Shown: in pieces, positions 31,810-41,324 of the stretch
Position numbering within the stretch: position 1 is the stretch's first letter
How the letters are laid out: every line of letters begins with the position of its first letter
Source of the DNA: Nitrospirota bacterium
Lineage (GTDB): Bacteria; Nitrospirota; Nitrospiria; Nitrospirales; NS-4
Direction of reading: 5' to 3'
NCBI GenBank assembly: GCA_963788195.1
Contig: CAWBGA010000017.1
Location: 448,001-512,000, forward strand
DNA length: 64,000 nucleotides
The notes under the pieces: generated by a model
What the model saw: the letters and a program-made list of their open reading frames with translations, nothing else
What the model was told of the DNA's origin: nothing
Database searches by the model: none
Translations under genes and position numbers: made by a program

Positions 31810-32892
31810 ATGCGTAGCACCTTGCTCAAACTTATTATTGCCGCTGCGCTCGTCCCAATCATGTGGGTACTCACTGGCGCACTGCACTTCCCACGCGTCT
31901 TTCAGATCATGTTTGTCATCTATATCCTGCTGGGTCTGAGCGTGTTCCTTCTTCTCGATGCCCCCCCAATGCCAAAGATCGGAGGATGGAAGGCGATCGT
32001 CGCTTTGGTTGCATTCTATGCCGTGATATCCTACGTGTTTGTGTTGGGGGCGTCGATCCTGCCTCAATATGATCCCAACGTCGAGAAGGAAAAGATCGAC
32101 AAGATCGTTAAGCCCAAGGCAGAAACACCGGAGCAACGTCGAGCACGGCTGGAAGCGCTGCTGAAAAAGGCCGAAGACCTGCAAATCAAGACCGATACGC
32201 TTTTCACCGCGCTCAATAAATTCTCGCCCGCGCCCGCCTCTTCAACCATTTCCGTTCAGCCGTCCGCGGCTTCTGGATCTGTAGACATTATCACGCGCGG
32301 TATGGAGGTCTATGACCTTCACGAGTGCTACAACTGTCACAAGATCGGCGGTAAAGGCTCCGTGAAAAAGCGCGGGCCAGTTCTCGATAACATCGGGAGT
32401 TACCTGACGCCTGACGACATCAAAAAGAAGGTCTTTGATCCGGGCTACTTATATGCCGAAGGCTTCGAAAAGGAGCACAAGAAAAAGCAGATGCCGGATA
32501 AATATAAAGAACTGATGACCGATGAGGAGGTCTCAGCTTTGGCCGCCTACGTGGCGTCGCTGAAGAATCCGGCCGTTGAAACGCCGAAGCCGGTCTTCGT
32601 GAAAAGCAACGTCACGCATGGTTTTATCGTGTACGGGTATGTCAAAGACAAAAGTGGGAAGCCGGTCCCGGGGGTTACTGTCCTCGCCAAGCCTCTTAAA
32701 GCCGATCGTGAAGCCCATGATGGAAAAACGAATAACGAGGGCTACTACGAAATCTTCCTCCATATCCACAATGAAGACGTCGGGACAAAGATTGAGGTCA
32801 GCGCGAAGGATGCGAAGAAAGAAATTACTGCCAATTACAATCCCGAGGACAAAGTCACGAAGCGCCAGGCTGCCGTAGACCTGGCTCTTTAG
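31810..32892 (+). CDS. membrane-anchored monoheme cytochrome c with C-terminal beta-sandwich domain
   Basis: Three N-terminal TM helices, CYNCH heme motif, GPVLD, distal MP. Confidence 0.85.
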   Translation: MRSTLLKLIIAAALVPIMWVLTGALHFPRVFQIMFVIYILLGLSVFLLLDAPPMPKIGGWKAIVALVAFYAVISYVFVLGASILPQYDPNVEKEKIDKIVKPKAETPEQRRARLEALLKKAEDLQIKTDTLFTALNKFSPAPASSTISVQPSAASGSVDIITRGMEVYDLHECYNCHKIGGKGSVKKRGPVLDNIGSYLTPDDIKKKVFDPGYLYAEGFEKEHKKKQMPDKYKELMTDEEVSALAAYVASLKNPAVETPKPVFVKSNVTHGFIVYGYVKDKSGKPVPGVTVLAKPLKADREAHDGKTNNEGYYEIFLHIHNEDVGTKIEVSAKDAKKEITANYNPEDKVTKRQAAVDLAL

Positions 32893-32994
32893 TCCAAGAC
32901 CTACCTTTCTCCTTCTGCGACGAGTCCTCCGCTTCCAGCCAGCAGAGCAGGACGGATCTGAATACTGCTGCTGCGAAGAAACAGCAGCCGGCGG

Positions 32995-33882
32995 CTATTG
33001 AGGCTTCGCCGGATTGCGCCTTTGCCTTCCCCGCCAGACCGCTAATCCAGCCAGCCCCGTGCCTAATAACAGTAGTGTCGCTGGTTCCGGCACGGCTTGG
33101 GGTTCGCTATAAAGAAAGTCGTCCATCACGACGACATCAACGGGGTTTCCATTCTGATCATTCGGACCTAAAGCGGTATTGCCGGTCACGATACGCACCC
33201 TAGCAATACCTTCGCCAGCATTGAATAGGACTCCCAAGAATGAGAGGCCGTTGTTCGCCGTAGGCACCGAAAAAAGTCCAAGGGAGTTGTTATTGGCATC
33301 GAAATACTGAAGCGACGTCGTGTTGGCAAGATCCACGTCAGTGAACACCGCGCCGAATCCGGCCACCGTCGCAGGCAAGACACCACCGGTGCCTGGAAGA
33401 GAGAAGGTGCCCTCGGTGATGTTGCTGCCTATCGGGGTGAACAGCCGAAGTGGGCTGAAGGTCACAAAGGTGGTCGCATATGTCGCATTAATATCCGCAA
33501 GGCTCCCCTGCAGTGCGCCGCCGGGTATGATATCCACTGCGCCGGCAATGGGGGTCGTAATAGGGGTCTGCGTCAAGCCAGTGCCGGGGGTCGTGAACGT
33601 CGCTCCGCGGGTGTTCTGAAAAACAGTGAATGGTGTGACTGCGGCAGTGCCGGCTGTGGCCCCCCCGCCGTCCCAGTTGATCTCGCGACGACCGCTGGCC
33701 AGAGGGCCGGCAGCGTTGAGGTTGTCCGGGTTACCCAGAGCGGCGCGGAACAGGTTGACCGTGTCCAGAATCGAGGTCGGATCCGCACCTGAGTCGGAAA
33801 AGATAACCGGAGCCGCATTGGCAAGACCCGGTATCATTACGAGGACTGCGAACATCGTTAAAAGTCGACTCTGGCTCTTCAC
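32995..33882 (-). CDS. PEP-CTERM sorting domain protein
   Basis: GGAGG RBS before GTG 33882; signal peptide; VPEPATLLLLGTGLAGLAVWRGRQRR. Confidence 0.92.
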   Translation of the reverse strand: MKSQSRLLTMFAVLVMIPGLANAAPVIFSDSGADPTSILDTVNLFRAALGNPDNLNAAGPLASGRREINWDGGGATAGTAAVTPFTVFQNTRGATFTTPGTGLTQTPITTPIAGAVDIIPGGALQGSLADINATYATTFVTFSPLRLFTPIGSNITEGTFSLPGTGGVLPATVAGFGAVFTDVDLANTTSLQYFDANNNSLGLFSVPTANNGLSFLGVLFNAGEGIARVRIVTGNTALGPNDQNGNPVDVVVMDDFLYSEPQAVPEPATLLLLGTGLAGLAVWRGRQRRNPAKPQ

Positions 33883-34075
33883 TGTGTTACCTCCTCCATC
33901 CCTGAGTTCGGACATGGTTCAAGCCCCTACCTCGGCTGGCGTCTAGTGACAGATCGCTAGATTGCGCCTTTTGCTTTAGGCAGACCCCTAATCCAATAGC
34001 CCCGTTATCGGTCAGACGCACAAGAATCGTAGGCAAAGCTACTCCTTCCTTGGAGATCTCATCCCCTCGGAAATG

Positions 34076-34159
34076 AGCAATTTACGTGCTATCTCGAAAA
34101 GCCTTTAACACCCGTAGGTTTCACTGGGTCCTGAATTACAACTGTTAAGACTTCCGACA
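34076..34159 (-). promoter_or_regulatory. sigma-54 promoter plus TGT-N11-ACA box
   Basis: Minus strand TAGCACGTAAATTGCT 34076-34091 (variant -24); TGTTAAGACTTCCGACA 34143-34159. Confidence 0.7.
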
Positions 34160-34419
34160 TGAGGGACCTGCGGCCTCGATCGAAATTTAGAGGGATTCAA
34201 ATCGTAACTATTTTAAAAGACAGAAGAATCTCTCTCACCCAACATATATTGAGACAAACCGATCCCCGTAAGACCCCTGTAAGATTTTCCGGCCAGTACC
34301 CGTTTGGGCATTGCTGCTTTTGAAATCCAACAATTTTCACCCGAACCGGCAATTTACAGGCGAACCTAGAATCGTGACATTGGCATACGCTCTTGCAGTC
34401 TATCTTTGGGAGGTTACAC

Positions 34420-34815
34420 ATGTGGGCTTCTTCTATACTTCTCGCCGGATCGCTGTTGGTCGGATCAAAGATGGCTGTTCTTATTTCAATGCCACAAGCC
34501 TGTTTTGTCTTTGGCGAAGTCCTGTGGTCCCCTAATCAGGCAACGGCCATGCTCTCGTCAAACTGCCCTATCCAGATTGGCCGCCAGGGCGGGGTTATTG
34601 TAATGAAGGGTACGCGCCGGATGGTGAATGTTGCGATTCCAAAAGATCCCGGCCTCCATGAGTTTGTCTATCGGTGGGGCGAGAGTTTCGCGCGGTTCGA
34701 CGATGAAAAGGTGCGGGTGGCGTTTGGGCCTCTGCCCGTGGAACAGGCCCCTTCGTCTGGCGCGACTCCGCAAGAGGAGCCTGCCGTCGAACATCATGTG
34801 GGAAATCGAAACTAG
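34420..34815 (+). CDS. hypothetical exported protein
   Basis: GGAGG RBS, hydrophobic N-terminus. Confidence 0.65.
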   Translation: MWASSILLAGSLLVGSKMAVLISMPQACFVFGEVLWSPNQATAMLSSNCPIQIGRQGGVIVMKGTRRMVNVAIPKDPGLHEFVYRWGESFARFDDEKVRVAFGPLPVEQAPSSGATPQEEPAVEHHVGNRN

Positions 34816-34817
34816 TG

Positions 34818-35264
34818 TTACTGTGCACCGGTTGAACCAAACCCGCGCGTCCCTCTGGTGGTAGGCGACAAACTATCGACCTCTTCCAGTGCCGGCGTGA
34901 CGATCGACAGAATAATGAGCTGGGCAATGCGGTCCCCTTCCTCGACAATAAACTCCAGCCCGGAAAAGTTTTTAAGTTCGACTTTGAGCTCCCCGCGATA
35001 GTCAGAATCGATCCACCCTGCCCCGACCTCAATATTGTGCTTCACTGACAGGCCGGAGCGTGAGCCGACGCGCCCCACATGCCTTTCGGGGATGTCCAAG
35101 GCCACACCGGTCGGTACGAGAGCGCGGCCTATGTTGACTCGTCCCTCAAGCATCTGCGCCGCCGGAATCACGGTTCGCTCGGCGGCAAAAAGATCATACC
35201 CGGCCGCGCCTTCCGAAGCACGACGGGGTAATTGGGCATGAGAAGAAAGCCGGGTGATTTTCAC
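34818..35264 (-). CDS. dut: dUTP diphosphatase
   Basis: AAGYDL, RSGLS, IDSDYRGE, GDRIAQL, RGTRGFGSTG; GTGA overlap with rpiA. Confidence 0.95.
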   Translation of the reverse strand: MKITRLSSHAQLPRRASEGAAGYDLFAAERTVIPAAQMLEGRVNIGRALVPTGVALDIPERHVGRVGSRSGLSVKHNIEVGAGWIDSDYRGELKVELKNFSGLEFIVEEGDRIAQLIILSIVTPALEEVDSLSPTTRGTRGFGSTGAQ

Positions 35265-35941
35265 GGACGCGTGAGTGTCACGATTCCCTGCCGTGTCGAG
35301 ACAACAGCGATGTTGGTGCGCCCGATAAACAGACCGCTGCATACGACGCCGGGCATCTTTTCGAGGTCTTCTTCCAGACGGCCCGGAGCCTCAATGTTGG
35401 GAAATGTCAGATCCAAGATATAATGCCCCGCCTCGGTGATGAACAGCTCGCCGTTCTTCAGCCTGGGTGAAACCGCAAAGCCATAGCGCTCTATTTGTTT
35501 CGCAACTGTGCGCCATCCGAAAGGCACGACTTCAATCGGCAACGGAAAGGCGCCACCAAGGACTGGCACACGTTTGCTTTCATCGATCACCACCACAAAT
35601 CGTGCAGACGCCGCGGCTACGATCTTTTCCTTTAAGAGCGCGCCCCCCCCGCCTTTTATCAGGTTCAACTCTGGATCCATCTGATCCGCGCCATCAATCG
35701 TGACGTCGATCGCCCACTCCGCGTCATCCGCGAGGAGGAGTATCCCGGCATCCCTCGCCAGTCGCGCCGTTTCAAACGATGTCGCCACGCCCCGAATTTT
35801 CAAGCCTTCACGAACCATAAGCGCAAGCTTGGCCATGACAAACCGCATCGTTGAGCCTGTGCCCAACCCCACAGTCTGACCATCGACAATATACTTGACC
35901 GCCTCCTCGGCAGCGGCCTTTTTCAAACTCTCCTGATCCAT
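35261..35941 (-). CDS. rpiA: ribose-5-phosphate isomerase A
   Basis: GLGTGST, IDGAD, IKGGGGALLKEKIVA. Confidence 0.96.
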   Translation of the reverse strand: MDQESLKKAAAEEAVKYIVDGQTVGLGTGSTMRFVMAKLALMVREGLKIRGVATSFETARLARDAGILLLADDAEWAIDVTIDGADQMDPELNLIKGGGGALLKEKIVAAASARFVVVIDESKRVPVLGGAFPLPIEVVPFGWRTVAKQIERYGFAVSPRLKNGELFITEAGHYILDLTFPNIEAPGRLEEDLEKMPGVVCSGLFIGRTNIAVVSTRQGIVTLTRP

Positions 35942-36232
35942 GTCCTTAAGCTTGATAGGCAAAACTCTTGTCGGTGAGCACCTTCTATCAACCGCTCAGG
36001 TTTGAATGCAACCTGCCATTTGCCGGCGCAAGCCATAGTAGCGATGCAATTTTGCATGGGACGCAGCGGCTGCATCCTATAGAATTTCCAGAAGGCGCGC
36101 AACTTGAACTCTGATCATACCCAAAGGTTCCGGGAAATCTCCCCACCCTGAAAACGTCTCTTTCCCGTGGAAAACATTGCTACTCTTGACAGGCGTTGTT
36201 AGAATGGCCGCGTCAAACGGAAGGCCGCGCCT

Positions 36233-38023
36233 TTGCACATCCCGACTCCCCTACTCAAGACTTTTAACAACTCGCTCGCCGAACTCGGCTCCGAACTCGT
36301 CTTAATTGCTCTCAAAGAAGATGGGTTTGGACCATTTCTTCCACAGGCATCACGCGGCTTCTCTCCGAGGGAAATCCAAGCCATTGTTCGGGCGTTGTCC
36401 TATCCAGAAGTTAAACTTGACGGGGCGGGCGAAAACGGCCGGACGGGACCGTCGAAAATCCGCATGCGGATGACCTCACCTTCACATCGTTCCCTTTTGG
36501 GCGTGCCGTTGCGATTGCAGCGCAACATCTGTGGAGCGCTTGTCATTGGGCGCAAGGATATTACCTCCTTTAGTGAAAAGGAGCAGCGGCATGCCGAAAG
36601 CACCGCCGGAGAACTGGAGGTCGCGCTTGCCAAATCGGGGATCCTTGGCAAAGTTCCTTCGCCCATGGTCTCGTCGGCCGCCACGCCCGCGGCTGTTCGT
36701 TCTGACACCCTCTCAGCGGCCGAGAGTCCGTTGGATGCATCTGCGATAGAAGCCATGTTGACGGAGGCTCAAATCGTCATTCCTTATGATCGCGCGCTTC
36801 TCACTCGTTACGAAAATAATGCCCAATTGCTCGTAGGCTTCCTGTCGCACACGCCGGGGCATTTTGAGTGGAGGCAGGGTCAAATTTTCACGCTGGACGG
36901 TTCCGCTGCAGGCTGGGTCATCCGCCATAAAAAGTCTAGACTTGACCGCGACCTGGCATCCACGCAAGGTCGATTCCTGGACTATAAGGAGCTCTACCAG
37001 GACAAGTTTAAAACCGCGCTGGTGATCCCGTTACGAAGGGGCCATGATTTCGTGGGCACGATCACATTCGGGTCCAAAACAACAGACATGTACAATCTCG
37101 ACATGGCTCGGGCCGCATCAGGTATTCTGGAGCGTCTCGCGCGCTTTCTTCCGGCCATGGGACCTCCCGTCCCTATCCCTGAGCCGAGCCAAAGAGTCGA
37201 GAAGGTGGGAGGGGCTCCTGCAGTCACCGCAAATCCCGCCGTGACCTACCCGCAGGAGTCCCGCGAGGCGCGAGAAATGATGTTGCGTCAGGAACGCCAA
37301 GCGGCTATCCGTGAGCTCACTGTTTTCCTAGAACAAGAGATACGACAGACTCTCACAAAGACCCGCGTGGAACTCGAGGACATTTTGGCCGACAAAACGC
37401 TTGGAGACACCGTGCCAATCGGCTCGCTGACGCGCGTGGATCAGGCGTGCCGGGATCTGACCGGCATCGAAACAACCCTCAATGAGATCCTTGATAACGC
37501 CAAACCCTTACACCTTCATCCACGTGTCATCCGGATTCCGGAGGTCATCGAGAGCGCCCTCAGTATCGTCGCCAGCGATATGGACCAACACCAAATTACG
37601 GTCACCCGACAGTTTGCCGATCCCTTGCCGACGATAAAAGCGGATGAGAGCAAACTTCAACAGGTCTTTCTCAGCATCTTGAAGAACGCCCTGCAGGCCA
37701 TGACGCCCGGAGGCCATATCCACATCGAAGCGGTTCCGTATCGAGGCGTGCGCAGCCGACATGAAGTGGCGATCACTATTGAGAACGATGGGGCGCCGAT
37801 TCCCACTGAGCATATCGGAAAGATCTTTGAGCCGGGATTCACCACAAAGGCGGCGGGCACCGGGTTGGGACTTTCCTCGGTCAAAAAGATCATCGAAGAG
37901 CATCGCGGACAGATTTCGATAGCGAGCGGACCCGGACAAGGGACGACTGTGATTATTCGCCTTCCCGCGCAGGGTGCTTCGAGAGTTATGGGCCGTGGAC
38001 GACGCCGCCCCAGGAGGCGGTAG
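36233..38023 (+). CDS. GAF-domain histidine-kinase-like protein with degenerate H-box
   Basis: GAF-like regions; KNALQAM, FTTK, GTGLGL; H-box reads LEQEIRQTL. Confidence 0.82.
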   Translation: MHIPTPLLKTFNNSLAELGSELVLIALKEDGFGPFLPQASRGFSPREIQAIVRALSYPEVKLDGAGENGRTGPSKIRMRMTSPSHRSLLGVPLRLQRNICGALVIGRKDITSFSEKEQRHAESTAGELEVALAKSGILGKVPSPMVSSAATPAAVRSDTLSAAESPLDASAIEAMLTEAQIVIPYDRALLTRYENNAQLLVGFLSHTPGHFEWRQGQIFTLDGSAAGWVIRHKKSRLDRDLASTQGRFLDYKELYQDKFKTALVIPLRRGHDFVGTITFGSKTTDMYNLDMARAASGILERLARFLPAMGPPVPIPEPSQRVEKVGGAPAVTANPAVTYPQESREAREMMLRQERQAAIRELTVFLEQEIRQTLTKTRVELEDILADKTLGDTVPIGSLTRVDQACRDLTGIETTLNEILDNAKPLHLHPRVIRIPEVIESALSIVASDMDQHQITVTRQFADPLPTIKADESKLQQVFLSILKNALQAMTPGGHIHIEAVPYRGVRSRHEVAITIENDGAPIPTEHIGKIFEPGFTTKAAGTGLGLSSVKKIIEEHRGQISIASGPGQGTTVIIRLPAQGASRVMGRGRRRPRRR

Positions 38024-38029
38024 GCTCCC

Positions 38030-38058
38030 TTGACAGCTTACAGCAAGTGCGGTATCGT
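38030..38058 (+). promoter_or_regulatory. sigma-70-type promoter
   Basis: TTGACA-17 nt-TATCGT. Confidence 0.6.
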
Positions 38059-38109
38059 CGTTTGCGTTTTCCCCGAATAAGAATCGGTCTCTTATATATG
38101 GAGGGTCGT

Positions 38110-38463
38110 ATGAAACTTTCACTTTTTGCATTGGCTCTGGTGTTAAGCTTTGTGTTCATGGCGTCAACTAGCTTCGCCAATCCGGCAATGATGAAGAAAC
38201 ATCCAGGCTATCCGGACGAGACCGGAAAAGCGTCCACGGCCGTCGGGGAGGCAGCAAGTCTGAAGGCCGCTGAAGAACCCGCGAATGTCGCTATTAAAAA
38301 ACAAAATAATGATGCCCGCGGGGGCGTCAGCGACCACGACCAGCTGAAGCGTAACGAAAACTCGCGTCTACCGGACGTCGTTGGGCCTGGACACGTCACG
38401 ACGAAGGGCGTGAGCGAGAACTACATCAAAGAAGGCACCAAGGTTAACGCGAATCCCAAATAG
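38110..38463 (+). CDS. hypothetical exported protein
   Basis: GGAGG RBS, signal peptide, KHPGYP motif. Confidence 0.75.
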   Translation: MKLSLFALALVLSFVFMASTSFANPAMMKKHPGYPDETGKASTAVGEAASLKAAEEPANVAIKKQNNDARGGVSDHDQLKRNENSRLPDVVGPGHVTTKGVSENYIKEGTKVNANPK

Positions 38464-38483
38464 GCATTTCTGAACGTCTTCAC

Positions 38484-38513
38484 AGGGGAAGGCCACCGTC
38501 GTGGTCTTCCCCT
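38484..38513 (+). terminator. hairpin, probable terminator
   Basis: AGGGGAAGGCCAC-CGTC-GTGGTCTTCCCCT. Confidence 0.6.
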
Positions 38514-38643
38514 TCGTCCTTCTCACCCCGCTGCCCATTCCTATATCCCTGCGTCATTTTGCTGCTATCCGAGACGCTTGATCCCATAGTCGGGTTTTTT
38601 TAAGTTGCCGCCGGACACTCATTCTGATTCAGGCCGTATCCGC

Positions 38644-39888
38644 ATGGCGCCGCCGACACAGTCGAAAGTCCTTGGCCTCTTCACAAGTTGGCGCATGCTG
38701 GTGGTCCTCTTGCTGGGATTCTCGTCAGGTCTTCCGCTCGCGTTAACGGCCACGACTCTCCAGGCTTGGATGAAATCCGAGAACGCGGATCTCACGGTGA
38801 TCGGATTGTTTTCGTTGGTTGCCCTGCCGTACGGGCTAAAAGTCCTATGGGCCCCTGCGATGGATCGCTTTATACCTCCATTCCTGGGCCGCCGCCGAGG
38901 CTGGATGTTACTGTCACAAATCGCCTTGGTGTTTACGATCGCAGCGATGGCGTTTAGCAACCCCGTGCGTTTTCCTGCCGTCATGGCGCTTCTGGCTTTT
39001 CTGGTCGCATTCTTCAGCGCGAGTCAAGACATCGTCGTGGACGCTTACCGTACGGATTTGGCCAAGCCGGAAGAAATCGGCCCCGCGGCGGCGTTGTACA
39101 TTACCGGTTATCGCATCGGTATGTTGACGTCAGGGGCGGTGGCCCTGATCTTGTCAGACCATTTGTCCTGGCAAATGGTCTATCTACTCATGGCTGCAGC
39201 GATGACCATAGGCATCGTTGCGTCGGTGTTTGCGCCTGAACCTCCCGAACCCGCCAAACTCCCACGAACTCTTAAGGAGGCAGTGGTGCTGCCTTTTGTC
39301 GAGTACTTCCGACGACAAGGCGCGCTGGAGGTGCTGGCCTTCATTATTCTTTACAAGATCGATGTCGTTATAGCGATGGCGATGACAACCCCTTTTCTGA
39401 TGGACCTTGGTTTCACCAAAACCGATATCGGCGCCGTCACGAAGGGCTTTGGCCTCGTCGCGACAATACTGGGGACCTTGGCAGGGGGTGCCCTGATGGT
39501 CAAACTTGGCCTTAAGCGCTCTCTTTGGGCCTTCGGCCTAAGTCAGGGGATCTCGGGCTTTTCATTTATGTGGCTCGCGCATGTGGGGCACGACTATCCG
39601 ACGATGGTCGCAGCAATCACGATTGAAAGCTTCTGCAGCGGCATGGGAACGGCGGCATTCACTGCCTTTCTGATGAGCATTTGTGACAAACGCTTTACCG
39701 CTACTCAGTACGCGCTCTTTACCAGTGTCATGGGATTGAGCCGGGTCATCGGCAGCGCCCCCACCGGATATATCGCAAAGGTGTTGGGATGGGAGCAATA
39801 TTTCCTGTTGAGCGTGCTCGCCATGGTGCCCGGCCTTTTATTATTGACGCGGTACTCCACATGGAAGTTTACTTCCGCTACGAAATAG
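38644..39888 (+). CDS. ampG: AmpG family muropeptide MFS transporter
   Basis: LLGFSSGLP, LGRRRGW, SASQDIVVDAYR, ATQYALFTS. Confidence 0.95.
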   Translation: MAPPTQSKVLGLFTSWRMLVVLLLGFSSGLPLALTATTLQAWMKSENADLTVIGLFSLVALPYGLKVLWAPAMDRFIPPFLGRRRGWMLLSQIALVFTIAAMAFSNPVRFPAVMALLAFLVAFFSASQDIVVDAYRTDLAKPEEIGPAAALYITGYRIGMLTSGAVALILSDHLSWQMVYLLMAAAMTIGIVASVFAPEPPEPAKLPRTLKEAVVLPFVEYFRRQGALEVLAFIILYKIDVVIAMAMTTPFLMDLGFTKTDIGAVTKGFGLVATILGTLAGGALMVKLGLKRSLWAFGLSQGISGFSFMWLAHVGHDYPTMVAAITIESFCSGMGTAAFTAFLMSICDKRFTATQYALFTSVMGLSRVIGSAPTGYIAKVLGWEQYFLLSVLAMVPGLLLLTRYSTWKFTSATK

Positions 39889-39928
39889 GAGTGTACCAGA
39901 GAAAACCGCCGCGCCTTGATTCCGGGTC

Positions 39929-40156
39929 ATGCCGTGGTATACTCAACGCAGGATGAGACGTTTTACGATTACCGGTATTATTGAAGGGAACGGGCAGCCC
40001 CATCCCACGTTCACGCGCGACGCCGCGTATCCGGTTCTTGAGGTCCTCTGGCAGCCTTCTGGTAACCTTCCCGGGTTCCTGGTCGCGGATGATCAGGGCC
40101 GCTTCCATTTCATTCGAATGGATCATTGCCGCCTCAGTAAAATCGAGGCCCTGTAA
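39929..40156 (+). CDS. small hypothetical protein
   Basis: Co-oriented ORF abutting the next gene. Confidence 0.5.
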   Translation: MPWYTQRRMRRFTITGIIEGNGQPHPTFTRDAAYPVLEVLWQPSGNLPGFLVADDQGRFHFIRMDHCRLSKIEAL

Positions 40157-40160
40157 TCTT

Positions 40161-40667
40161 ATGTCAGACGTCTCGCCTGAGCAGGTGGGGCGCGAGCTGT
40201 CCGACTTGGCCTTCGGAATCATCGAGCAAAACTGGCTGCAGGAGCATATCGGAAAGATCATTGATCTGAAGACCGTTCAGGACCTCGACGCCGCGGAATG
40301 GGAACTGACCTACTTTATCCTGTTTGCTATCACCAACGGCTGCGGGACTGTCGCGGCCCAGGACCCCACGCGAACGACCGCGATCTTGAAGGCCTTTCAT
40401 CGTATCGTTCTGCAACACATCGCGGATCAGGCGGGCCCGGAGATCGCGGGCGCGCATCAAAACAATCTACCGGCGCGCTACCGGTTATATAACGACGCGG
40501 TCCGCGGAGAAGACAAAAACAGCTCATATAGGCTTTTGGGCGAGGCGGCAGCAATTCAGATTTTAGGTAAGGATATCGAGGACTCTCAGACTTCGGATAA
40601 CTTTCGCGAAACGATGAAAGTGATTTTTGGGGAAGTCCGAGATACCGCGATCAAGACGATGCAGTGA
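40161..40667 (+). CDS. hypothetical protein
   Basis: 168-aa ORF with typical codon usage. Confidence 0.65.
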   Translation: MSDVSPEQVGRELSDLAFGIIEQNWLQEHIGKIIDLKTVQDLDAAEWELTYFILFAITNGCGTVAAQDPTRTTAILKAFHRIVLQHIADQAGPEIAGAHQNNLPARYRLYNDAVRGEDKNSSYRLLGEAAAIQILGKDIEDSQTSDNFRETMKVIFGEVRDTAIKTMQ

Positions 40668-40689
40668 GCATCACGAAAGGACGCGTGGG

Positions 40690-41115
40690 ATGGATTTTGA
40701 TATCGGTTCCAATTCGTATCAAAACGCGGAGAGCAGCATCGAAATCGACGGGATGAGGCAGTTGTCGTTCGATTATATCCGTCGTTACAACGAGATCATG
40801 GTCAAGGGCATGGTGTTTGATCAACACGGGACCCTGACGGCAAGATTTTCCGAAAACACACTTTCACTGAATATTCGCGGCGAGTACGAGATGGTCTCTG
40901 AGGCCTCGGTCGTCAAGCTCCTTCATAAGGCGAAGCAGGAGGTCCTGCTGGAGGTGAAATTTCTGGATAAAGAGCGTGTGCAGATCCAGAAAGCCAGGTT
41001 ATATACCGGCAAAGGCAGGCCTTTTGAAGTCACATCGGCAATGTGGCGGATCGGCGACCAAAGCCACAGCGCCGAGGTGATCGACTGCGCCGGCGAGCCC
41101 GTCAAGTTAATCTAG
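40690..41115 (+). CDS. hypothetical protein
   Basis: 141-aa ORF MDFDIGSNSYQN. Confidence 0.65.
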   Translation: MDFDIGSNSYQNAESSIEIDGMRQLSFDYIRRYNEIMVKGMVFDQHGTLTARFSENTLSLNIRGEYEMVSEASVVKLLHKAKQEVLLEVKFLDKERVQIQKARLYTGKGRPFEVTSAMWRIGDQSHSAEVIDCAGEPVKLI

Positions 41116-41220
41116 CTTCGGGTCCTGCCATCGCCATTTTACTGTTTCTTCCATAGCTCAAACCTCATAATACCGAGAGGCTCCTCCGCAAGGTCCCCTA
41201 GGAACCACTCGCACAACCAA

Positions 41221-41250
41221 CCCTTCGTCCTGAGCTTGTCGAAGGACGGT
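41221..41250. repeat. REP-like palindrome (CCTTCGACAAGCTCAGG family), empty copy
   Basis: Reverse complement GTCCTTCGACAAGCTCAGGACGAAGGG; related to 46268-46287 and to the IS110 target site. Confidence 0.75.
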
Positions 41251-41324
41251 GCGCCAAGGCCCCTGTGCGACCCCACCCGTTCGCACTGATTTCCACATTT
41301 GCCTCAAACTCAGGCGAAAAAATC

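Noticed and set aside
34381..34397. sigma-54 promoter for the 34420 gene (TGGCATACGCTCTTGCA)
   Set aside because: GG-to-GC spacing is 11 rather than the required 10; it would only hold if there is an indel error.
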